A stretch of 64,000 bases of DNA from Ranitomeya imitator (taxonomy: Eukaryota): assembly GCF_032444005.1 (NCBI RefSeq), contig NC_091286.1:18414001-18478000 (forward strand), given 5' to 3'. Position numbers and translations under genes: made by a program. The notes under the pieces were generated by a model. It saw only the letters and a list, made by a program, of their open reading frames with translations, had not been told where the DNA came from and did not search any database. Positions 52,346-62,750 of the stretch are shown here, one piece after another (position 1 is the first letter of the stretch; each line of letters opens with the position of its first letter).

Positions 52346-52809
52346 CTTTCCTATGAAAAGGTCTTGCCTGTGGACTATTCTGAATGCCTTTTCCAATCTC
52401 GTAATTTTCTGCACCTGATTGTCCAGCATACGACATGTTTACACCTCACTAAATGGCCAAACTCCCCACACGGGGCCGTGGTATCGACACTTGGCGACAG
52501 CACCCGTGAGAGTGCAGTTTGTCTGAAGAGGTGGGTGAGCCCGCTTTTGGTCGACGGCACTGCCACTGGGTCCCTCCTAGTACAATAAAGTGTCTCTGGC
52601 GGTGGTGGTGCGCACCCAACGTCAGACACACCGTTGTAATATGAGGGGCCCTGGGCCTGTACCGCCGGCCACAAGACAGTTTCCCCCCACCCCAGCTCAA
52701 ACAGTGCTCTACCACTTGCAAAATTATCTCACAGCTCCACCAATGTTTAGTCTATGCGCTGACATCCTTCAATGCCTGCCACTGACAATACCATTGTATT
52801 GACATTTTT

Positions 52810-53140
52810 GTTATGTTAGGCCTTCGATGCCTGTCTGCGGTCACTCCTTCCACTAGGCCTCCACTGACCACACCACTGCTGCCCGTGTACCCCTGGAACC
52901 AATTTAAAATTGCCTACAGCCATGTGTTATTATTTTAGGCCTTCGATGCCTGTCTGCGGTCACTCCTTCCACTAGGCCTCCACTGACCACACCACTGCTG
53001 CCCGTGTACCCCTGGAACCAATTTAAAATTGCCTACAGCCATGTGTTATTATTTTAGGCCTTCGATGCCTGTCTGCGGTCCATTCTTTCAACTACTACTA
53101 CACTGACCAGGGCACTGCTGCCCGTGTACCCCTGGAACCA
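52810..53140. repeat. 119-bp tandem repeat x3 inside the hAT
   Basis: TTAGGCCTTCGATGCC recurs at 52816, 52935 and 53054. Confidence 0.9.
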
Positions 53141-53599
53141 ACATCAGAAAATATAAAAATAAGTATTTTGCTTACAAAAAAGAAAATACTGGAGAGATAT
53201 CAAATGCAGACATTTTAACATTAAAAACAAACACACAACTAAAATCTGGTACAGTACTAAAAATGGCCACCAGCTACAATTACTTTCTCCTGCAAGTAGT
53301 TAACTGAAAGGTTTTTTAAATTGAAAACACAGATATGGCATCCACCGAGTGTTGTCCTGTCGCGTCTTCTTTATATTATTGCCGAGAAGATGCAAAACAA
53401 TGAAAATAATAAAATCATTAATTACCAAAATAATAGAGAAAGTCAACACCACATTGCAAATAAACATTCATTCCAAATAAAGAAGCAGGGCGCGTCCGAG
53501 GGTGAGTATATACCTAATAAGAATATAATCACCCTCGGACGCGCCCTGCTTCTTTCCAACAGCCTTCCTTCCTAAGAATCAGCCCTTCCGTGGTGTAGA

Positions 53600-54310
53600 G
53601 AGACGTTGTGTTACACTCCAAGGTGTTCCCCAGGTTGCCTTTCCTGAGCTTCGATCTTCCGGCTCTCGTTTAGTAGTTGTTGGAAACTACGCTGCATTAG
53701 GCCTACAAATTGGGTATGGGGTGTAGAGAGATGGTGTGTTACACTCCAAGGTGTTCCCCAGGTTGCCTTTCCTGAGCTTCGATCTTCCGGCTCTCGTTTA
53801 GTAGTTCTTGGAAACTACACTGCATTAGGCCTTCAAATTGGGTATGGGGTGTAGAGAGAGGGTGTGTTACACTCCAAGGTGTTCCCCAGGTTGCCTTTCC
53901 TGAGCTTCGATCTTCATGCTCTCGTTTAGTAGTTGTCGGAAACTACGCTGCATTAGGCCTACAAATTGGGTATGGGGTGTAGAGAGAGGGTGTGTTACAC
54001 TCCAAGGTGTTCCCCAGGTTGCCTTTCCTGAGCTTCGATCTTCCGGCTCTCGTTTAGTAGTTCTTGGAAACTACACTGCATTAGGCCTACAAATTGGGTA
54101 TGGGGTGGAGAGAGATGGTGTGTTACACTCCAAGGTGTTCCCCAGGTTTCCTTGCCATTGCTTCGGTCTTCCGACTCTCGTTTAGTAGTTGTAGAAAAGT
54201 ACACTGCATTAGGCCTACAAAATGGGTATGGGGTGGAGAGAGATGGTGTGTTACACTCCAAGGTGTTCCCCAGGTTGCCTTTCCTGAGCTTCTATCTTCA
54301 GGCTCTCATT
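53600..54310. repeat. 128-bp tandem repeat x~5.5 inside the hAT
   Basis: ACACTCCAAGG recurs at 53613, 53741, 53869, 53997, 54125 and 54253. Confidence 0.92.
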
Positions 54311-55507
54311 AAATTGTGGTTAAATGGAACAACTGCATTTGGCGTACTAGTTGGTTTGGGGCCTACTATCGGTGTCTGCCACTCCTTGCTGTTCTCCTGG
54401 TTTCCTGTCCTGAAATTCCATTTTCAGGCTCTCGTTGAGTAGTTGTTAATGTTAGACTGCATTTGGCCTACTAGTTGGGTTGGGGCCTACTATCGGTGTC
54501 TGCCACTCCTTGCTGTTCTCCTCCACTGAACAAAGCTGTGCCGCCTGTTTACTACGGTTGCCAATTTTGAACTGCATTTCGACTACTTACTGATTTGGCC
54601 CTACTCTCTGTGTCAGCCTCTCATTCCAGTTGTCCTCCACTGCAATGCCCCCTGGTTATTCCTGTGTTACCAATTTTGAACTGCATTTAGCCCACTTTAT
54701 TCTTTGGGCCTATATCTGTGTTTCCTCCTCATCCTGCCCATTGCCCAGCCAGTGATAGATGAGTCTGCTGGTACATTGACCCATAATGCAACATTCCCCG
54801 TGCACGCTACACAGCAAGATTGTGACCCTGCTGAAAGTCAGGTTCCTCTTCCCGCATACCATACCACCTTACACGGGGACAAACAGGAAGGTGCAGATGA
54901 AAGTGCAGGTTCCTTCATCAGGTGGGGGGAGGAATACTAGTTGGCGACGTCACTGGCACAGGGCCTCTCATAGTACGCAAAAGTGTTGCTGCCGGTGGGA
55001 GGCGCCCCCGCCGTGCAAACACACCGCTGTACTTTGAGGGGCCCTGTGCCAGTGCCAATGCCAACAAGTGGGCCCCCCCTGCTTGCTCAGGATCACAGCA
55101 CTTGCAAAGTTGAAATAATTACCTCTCCCTGCTCCACTGCCGTGACGTGGTCCAGATTTCCTGGGCCCACTAATTACTTGAACCAGCCCTACCCCACACA
55201 ACTTTAGCCAAATGACCCCCAATTTCAAATGCCTTCCAATTATTATAAGGTAAATTACGCTTGACAAGCTTCATTAAGAAGAATGGATGGTTTTGACATT
55301 AAAATGGGCACTCTAGGTGTTTTCCTGGCCCCCACTCACTGCCGACTATGCTGCCCCATTGACTTGCATTGGGTTTCGTGTTTCGGTCGATCCCGACTTT
55401 ACGTCATAATCGGCCGATATCACTCGACCCGACTTTTGAGATAGTCGGGTTTCGCGAAACCCGGCTCGACTCTAAAAAGGTCAAGGTCGCTCAACTCTAG
55501 TCACTAC

Positions 55508-55843
55508 AATTAAGCCAATACTAAATGAGTATCTTGTTTTTTTATTTTTTTTTCTTAAAAGAAAAATCTAAAGTTTGTTAAAAAAATTTTTTTGTGTTGC
55601 CATAGTTCCTGACTATAAATTCAGATACTGGATCCACCTCCAGTTACAGTCAAAGCAACCTCAGCATCTAAGTGGTTTAGATTCCTGCTTAAGGTGTTCG
55701 AAGGGTCTTGATGAGTTGGCATGGCATAGTATTTCATACAGGACCGGTAAATCAGCAATACACCCTACTCGTGTACGGTAGGCAGGCACATTATCAGTGC
55801 CTCGTTATGCCTCAGCACTGAAATAAGCCTGGTCATTAAAAGG
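55508..55843. mobile_element. Right part of a TTAA-type element interrupted by the hAT (left part ~46800-46992)
   Basis: Ends GGTCATTAAAAGG|TTAA; 46820-46992 resembles 12425-12613 of the other TTAA element. Confidence 0.6.
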
Positions 55844-56552
55844 TTAAAAAAATAAAAAATTTAGAGTGGACCTGTCTCCTAGATTTTCATGATGAACTGG
55901 ACACATGATGTAATCATGGCTGCAGAGCAGAATACAAAGCCTTTTTTTTGTATTTTGCTTGTTTTGCCTCTCTGCGTCAGAGATATTAGCAATCAAAGTA
56001 TTTAACACGTGAGAAGTTAATTTTCATTAAGACAAAATGGATGTTTTCACTGGGGGGTGTGTACTTCTTCCCTTGTGTGATGTTGACCAATCATAAGCAG
56101 GCAATAACATAGAGGGGGAAGAAGAACACGCCCCCACCACAACTGAGAGCAGCACAACATCACAAAAAAACAGCCATATATATATAGTGCATCCATGTGA
56201 TCATAATAAGCTAAGAATTTATTAATCAGTGAAATGTGAAGTTTATTTTCTATATTTACATCACAAGAGAATAAATATAAATTTTACTGTAATGTATGCG
56301 ATACGCCAAAAAGAAAAGAAGTTAATAAATAAAACCATGTCGTCTGCATAAAACAAAGCCTCATACTGCTAAGTAAGTAAAAAAAATAAATAATTGTGGT
56401 GCTGAAATGGACTCGTTGTTTTCAGGAGAAGTTAAATTACGGTAACTTCTGAATCCTGTACTCCATTCATTGGCGCAGACCTTAGTTTTTATGGTTGGAT
56501 ACATCGTGTTTCTAAGCTGAAATCCTCACGATCGGCTTCTTTCTCTTTGTAG

Positions 56553-56688
56553 GTCGGCACGCTGCGGTATTTTGGACCCACTCAGTTCGCTACGGGCCAG
56601 TGGGCCGGGATAGAGATGGCTGACGCGGATGGGAAGAACGATGGCAGTGTGAGCGGAGTCCAGTATTTTAAGTGTTTGCCCAAACACG
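56553..56688 (+). CDS. CLIP4: CLIP4 exon 8 (CAP-Gly 1)
   Basis: VGTLRYFGPTQFATGQWAGIEMADADGKNDGSVSGVQYFKCLPKH, containing the GKNDG motif; TGTAG acceptor, G|GTACAA donor. Confidence 0.95.
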
Positions 56689-56778
56689 GTACAAATGTGT
56701 TTTATATAATGTTATACCGATTTTTAACTTATCACATTCCCTGATAAGAAAGAATATTAACATATAATCTCCAATCAG

Positions 56779-56919
56779 GAATATTTGCGCCTCTATCCAA
56801 GATAAGACGAGCAATTGAGCCAATGAAGACCTTTATCAAAAGCTCCTCTAACAAGACGACGGGTCCTATCAAATCTACGAAGATCGACCTGAGCCATGTT
56901 ACTTCAAAAATCAACACGG
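56779..56919 (+). CDS. CLIP4: CLIP4 exon 9
   Basis: GIFAPLSKI...KIDLSHVTSKINT; follows a 90-nt intron; phase 1 to 1. Confidence 0.92.
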
Positions 56920-57513
56920 GTAACCGCTGATAATATTGGGATCTGCATGGAATATAGTACCAGCATTTTACTGTGAAAATATAGACATAATCTACATAAA
57001 TCATCACATTACTTATCATCTTATCCTGTACTGATTGTGAGTTACCTCCTGTATTATACCCCAGAGCTGCACTCACTATTCTGCTGGTGCAGTCACTGTG
57101 TACATACATTACATTACTGATCCTGAGTTACATCCTGTATTATACTCCAGAGCTGCACTCACTATTCTGCTGGTGCAGTCACTGTGTGCATACATTACAT
57201 TACTGATCCTGAGTTACATCCTGCATTATACTCCAGAGCTGCACTCACTATTCTGCTGGTGCAGTCACTGTGTACATACATTACATTACTGATCCCGAGT
57301 TACATCTTGTATTATACCCCAGAGCTGCACTCACTATTCTGCTGGTGCAGTCACTGTGTACATACATTACTGATCCTGAGTTATGACAGAAAAAAGACTG
57401 GCACATCCAAACTAGTGTGAATAGGTGCATACCAGGAGCAGCTACCTCCATATACAATATACAAGAAAAGGTTGCACTCTATCGTGCCAAAGCATTGTCT
57501 AATATGAAATACA

Positions 57514-58150
57514 CTAGATGGTGGCCCGATTCTAACACATCGGGTATTCTAGAATATGCATGTCCGTGTAGTATATTGCCCAGTCACGTAGTATATTGCC
57601 CAGCCACGTATGTAACAGGTTAAAAAAGACTTAAAATAAAAAATAAACATATACTCACCTTCCGAGGGGCACCTTGTAGTCCTGGCGCTTGTGTGCGGTG
57701 CAGCTTCCGGTCCCAGGGTTGGTATGAGCGCAGAACCTGTGATGACGTCATGGCAGGTCCATCTCGCATAGCATCGTTAGCACCGGAACCTGGCGCTTGC
57801 ACTGCCAAGGACAGCGCCACGTCGGAGGGTGAGAATAATGTTTTTTGTTTTTTTTGTAACATTTTAGATCTTTTTACTATTGATGCTGCATACGCAGCAT
57901 CAATATTAAAAACTTGGTTACACGGTTAATAGCAGCGGTTACGAAGTGCGGTACCCACGGCCCGTTACCGCTGGCATTAACCCTGTGTGAGTGGAGGGAA
58001 GTATGCGGGCGCCGGGCACTGACTGCAGGGGAGTAGGGAGGGACTAATTGGACACTGCCCGTCGCTGATTGGTCACGGCAGCCATGACAGGCAGCTGGCG
58101 AGACCAATCAGTGAGCGGCATTTCCGTGACGGAAGTTGCCGACAGGAAAA
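57514..58150 (-). mobile_element. Helitron-like non-autonomous element (3' end recognisable)
   Basis: On the minus strand, hairpin CCCGAT..ATCGGG (57525-57544) lies 7 nt before CTAG|T (57517-57514). The 5' boundary is approximate. Confidence 0.5.
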
Positions 58151-59374
58151 ATATTTGAGAGACGCTTTGCGCAGGATTTGGCCAAATAGTGTGAGCCCAT
58201 CAACCATCGCCAAGGTGGTCTCATTAAACTGATGGGTCCCTGACCTCCCTGTCCAAATGTGAACACTTACCGAAGGCTAATGTCTGTATGCCTGGGTGAA
58301 TGTGATCCTGAGTTACATCCTGTATTATTCTCCAGAGCTGCGCTCACTATTCTGCTGGTGGAGTTACTGTGTACATATATTACATTACTGATCCTGAGTT
58401 ACATCCTGTATTATACCCCAGAGCTGCACTCACTATTCTGCTGGTGCAGTCACTGTGTACATACATTACATTACTGATCCTGAGTTACATCCTGTATTAT
58501 AACCCAGAGCTGCACTCACTATTCTGCTGGTGCAGTCACTGTGTACATATATTACATTACTGATCCTGAGTTACATCCTGTATTATACCCCAGAGCTGCA
58601 CTCACTATTCTGCTGGTGCAGTCACTGTGTACATGCATTACATTACTGATCCTGAGTTACATCCTGTATTATACCCCAGAGCTGCACTCACTATTCTGCT
58701 GGTGCAGTCACTGTGCAAATACGTTACATTACTGATTCCGAGTTACATCCTGTATTATACTCCAGAGCTGCACTCACTATTCTGCTGGTGCAGTCACTGT
58801 GTAAATACATTACTGATCCTGCGTTGCATCCTGTATTATACCCCAGAGCTGCACTCACTATTCTGCTGGTGCAGTCACTGTGTAGATACATTACATTACT
58901 GATCCTGAGTTACCTCCTGTATTATACCCCAGAGCTGCACTCACTATTCTGTTGGTGCAGTCACTGTGTACATACATTACTGATCCTGAGTTACCTCCTG
59001 TATTATACCCCAGAGCTGCACTCACTATTCTGCTGGTGCAGTCACTGTGTACATACATTACATTACTTATCCTGAGTTACATCCTGTATTATACCCCAGA
59101 GCTGCACTCACTATTTTGCTGGTGCAGTCACTGTGTAGATACATTACGTTACTGATCCTGAGTTACCTCCTGTATTATACCCCAGAGCTGCACTCACTAT
59201 TCTGCTGGTGCAGTCACTGTGTACATACATTACTGATCCTGAGTTACCAATACTCCAGAGCTGCACTCATTATTCTGCTGGTGCAGTCACTGTGTACATA
59301 TATTACATTACTGATCCTGAGTTACATCCTGTATTATACTCCAGAGCTGCACTCACTATTCTGCTGGTGCAGTC

Positions 59375-60195
59375 TGTTATGAGCAGGTGATTCAGAGCCA
59401 CAATGGACCTGGTGGTTACGAGCACAGAAAATGACCTGATAGTTGCTAATCACATAGGACGAGCTCTGAGACGTGGGAACTCTGCTGACCACAATCCCTA
59501 ATCCTATCACACCACACTAGAGGTAGCCGTGGAGCGCTCCTGACCAGACCTTAGGCGCCTCGGGCACAGCCTGAGAAACTAGCTAGCCCTGAAGATAGAA
59601 AAATAAGCCTACCTTGCCTCAGAGAAATTTCCCCAAAGGAAAAGGCAGCCCCCCACATATAATGACTGAGCAAAGATGAAAACACAAACCCAGAGATGAA
59701 ATAGATTTTAGCAAAGTGAGGCCCGACTTACTGAATAGACCGAGGATAGGAAAGATAGCTTTGCGGTCAGCACAAAAACCTACAAACAACCACGCAGAGG
59801 GCGCAAAAACACCCTCCGCACCGACTAACGGTACGGAGGTGCTTCCTCTGCGTCCCAGAGCTTCCAGCAAGCAAGACAAACCAATATAGCAAGCTGGACA
59901 GAAAAAATAGCAAACAAAAGTAACACAAGCAGAACTTAGCTTATGCAGTGCAGACAGGCCACAAGAACGATCCAGGAGAGAGCAAGACCAATACTGGAAC
60001 ATTGACTGGAGGCCAGGAACAAAGAACTAGGTGGAGTTAAATAGAGCAGCACCTAACGACTTAACCTCGTCACCTGAGGAAGGAAACTCAGAAGCCGCAG
60101 CCCCACTCACATCTACCAGAGGAAGCTCATAGACAGAACCAGCCGAAGTACCACTCATGACCACAGGAGGGAGCTTGACCACAGAATTCACAACA
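59375..60195. mobile_element. Solo LTR (821 bp) inserted in the 86-bp satellite
   Basis: TGTTAT...ACAACA ends; the satellite unit is split at GCAGTC with a duplicated (A)GTC. Confidence 0.8.
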
Positions 60196-60844
60196 GTCAC
60201 TGTGTACATACATTACATTACTGATCCTGAGTTACATCCTGTATTATACTCCAGAGCAGCACTCACTATTCTGCTGGTGCAGTCACTGTGTACATACATG
60301 ACATTACCGATCCTGAGTTACATCCTGTATTATACTCCAGAGCAGCACTCACTATTCTGCTGGTGCAGTCACTGTGTACATACATTACTGATCCTGAGTT
60401 ACATCCTGTATTATACTCCAGAGCTGCACTTACTATTCTGCTGGTGCAGTCACTGTGTACATACATTACATTACTGATCCTGAGTTACATCCTGTGTTAT
60501 ACCCCAGAGCTGCACTCACTATTCTGCTGGTGCAGTCACTGTGTACATACATTACATTACTGATCCTGAGTTACATCCTGTATTATACTCCAGAGCTGCA
60601 CTCATTATTCTGCTGGTGCAGTCACTGTGTACATACATTACATTACTGATCCTGAGTTACATCCTGTATTATACCCCAGAGCTGCACTCACTATTCTGCT
60701 GGTGCAGTCACTGTGTACATACATTACATTACTGATCCTGAGTTACATCCTGTATTATACCCCAGAGCTGCACTCACTATTCTGCTGGTGCAGTCACTGT
60801 GTACATACATTACATTACTGATCCTGAGTTAGCTCCTGTATTGG

Positions 60845-61230
60845 GGCTCGGTCTCACTGCTGTATAGCCCGGCTTAGTGTTATTCTTTGGGATAGATCAC
60901 ACCAGCGATTATTTTTCTCTTGACAGTTCGGCAGCATTCTGCGATTGTCAGCGAGACTCGGCTCACACGCAGCCTTACAAGGCTATGGATACATTCGAAA
61001 CACGGACTGCACTCAGATGTCACCCCAGTGCAGTCCGATATACGCCGACTCAGGCAGTGGAGGAGATTCAGAAATTACTTTCTCTGTCTCCTCCGCACAT
61101 GTGCTGCGATTCTTGCATGCGAGAGGTTCGGAGCACAGGGCACTGACACTTGGATCACGCTCACAGCAGAGCCGGCCCGAGTGTCATTAGCATATCGCAT
61201 CCAATGTTATATGCTCGTGTGGCTCCAGCC
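60845..61230. mobile_element. Harbinger-like MITE inserted at the TTA of a satellite unit
   Basis: Ends GGCTCGGTCTCAC / GTGTGGCTCCAGCC; the satellite CCTGTA|TTA|TACTCCAGAG is split around it. Confidence 0.6.
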
Positions 61231-61502
61231 TCATACTCCAGAGCTGCACTCACTATTCTGCTGCTTCATTGCTGAAATTGCATTTTCAGTGTCTGGGGAT
61301 TTTACACCAGGTACTTTACAGTCTGTTATTAGCTCTTGGCTAATCTTGGCTTAAGATTGTATGTAATGACATGCTTTCTGACGGTTTCCCATAGCCAGTG
61401 TAATTTTGCGTCTTCAGTAAATCTGTCAGGTAGAATTTATTGCAGTTATTGACCATTCCTAATCCCAGTATAACCTGATGTTATCGTCTTCTTATCTCAT
61501 AG

Positions 61503-61580
61503 GTCGGCCTCCTTTTAAGAAAAACACCACGTTTATTCAAAGCAATGATGAGACCTCGAATTCTGCGTCCTCTAAGAAAG
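61503..61580 (+). CDS. CLIP4: CLIP4 putative exon 10 (linker)
   Basis: Polypyrimidine tract + ATAG acceptor; open frame GRPPFKKNTTFIQSNDETSNSASSKK; AAG|GTGATG donor; phase 1 to 1 fits its neighbours. Sequence is divergent. Confidence 0.7.
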
Positions 61581-61772
61581 GTGATGGCACGTTGGCGTCA
61601 CGCAGAGCATGACAGATTACCTTATAATGGAGAGGTTGGGGTGTAGTTCTGTCTGACATCCATGCAGCAGAGGGAAGCTTGTGTCAGCCGGGCACTACCT
61701 CTGCTACCCCGTCCTGGGGCAGGATGCTTTCCATCAACTCAGACTTACCTGCCCTGCTCCATTGATGGAGGT

Positions 61773-62125
61773 GATGTAAGAAGGGGGCTGGCTCTGTCCC
61801 CCATAACATCTTACAGTGTCTTATGGTTAGAAAGAATGTAAGAAGGGGGCTGGCTCTGTCCCCCGTAGTATCTTACTGTGTCTCATGGTTAGAGGGGATG
61901 TAAGAAGGGGGCTGGCCCTGTCCCCCATAGCATATTACTGTGTCCCATGGTTAGAAAGAATGTAAGAAGGGGGCTGGCTCTGTCCCCCATAGCAACTTAG
62001 TGTCCCATGGTTAGAGGGGATGTAAGAAGGGGGCTGGCTCTGTCCCCCATAGCATCTTACTATGTTTCATGGTTAGAGGGGATGTAAGAAGTTGGCTGAC
62101 TCTCTCCCCCATAGCATCGTACTTT
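61773..62125. repeat. 62-bp tandem repeat (~6 copies) with internal inverted repeats
   Basis: GTAAGAAGGGGGCTGG recurs at 61776, 61838, 61900, 61962 and 62022; a degenerate copy (GTAAGAAGTTGGCTG) starts at 62084. Confidence 0.9.
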
Positions 62126-62169
62126 GTCTCTGTTCTCGCTGTCATAATTTGTTTAATTCCAAATTTCAG

Positions 62170-62316
62170 CGTCCTGCAACGGATCCAGCAGCTTTTCTTC
62201 ATCTTCATTTTCATCAACCTCCTCCTCCTTTGTTGTGTCCAAGCCGCCCCTCCCCAGTCATCCCCGGCTGCCACAGACTGCTGTGGTCCGGCCCCGGTCC
62301 TCGGCATATAGGACTG
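62170..62316 (+). CDS. CLIP4: CLIP4 putative exon 11 (Ser-rich linker)
   Basis: TTTCAG acceptor; 147-nt open frame ASCNGSSSFSSSSFSSTSSS...RPRSSAYRT; CTG|GTAATG donor; phase 1 to 1. Confidence 0.7.
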
Positions 62317-62612
62317 GTAATGCTACGAGTCCGGTCTCTCCCTGCGATCACACCCTCCTGCACAAAAACCCTACTTGCACCTTAGACGGCACCTGGATCA
62401 CATATTATATTTTCTTGTGGAATTGCAATTTAAGATATTTATCACCAAATCCATTTTTATGACCTTGCACAGTAATAAGAGAATATGGCCATCACAGTGC
62501 GGTGTTCCAGGGTCCATTCTTGCACTCCTCTCTTCTCTTTTTTCCTCTCTTATTTTCCTCTCTCCTTTTCCCCTCTCCTGCTCACTGTTTTTTACATTGA
62601 CTCTCTTTGCAG

Positions 62613-62750
62613 GTCATCAGAACCCGGTATCGCCCTCTGTGGGAAGCCCTTCCTCAGAACAGATGGAGTTCCATCCTGGTGACCGGGTTCTTGTGGTCGG
62701 GCAGAGACTTGGCATGGTCAGATTTTACGGCAAAACAAACTTTGCACCAG
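62613..62750 (+). CDS. CLIP4: CLIP4 exon 12 (start of CAP-Gly 2)
   Basis: ...FHPGDRVLVVGQRLGMVRFYGKTNFAP; TTTGCAG acceptor, CAG|GTAAGG donor. Confidence 0.93.

Larger units (their letters stand above)
47001..55499 (+). mobile_element. Full-length 8.5-kb hAT DNA transposon, potentially autonomous
   Basis: TIRs TAGGGTTGAGCGA / TCGCTCAACTCTA; perfect 8-bp TSD GTCACTAC (46993-47000, 55500-55507); intact transposase ORF. Confidence 0.97.
57050..61262. repeat. 86-bp satellite array, interrupted by three insertions
   Basis: Unit ...TACTGATCCTGAGTTACATCCTGTATTATACTCCAGAGCTGCACTCACTATTCTGCTGGTGCAGTCACTGTGTACATACATTACAT; ORFs recur at 86-nt offsets. Confidence 0.96.
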
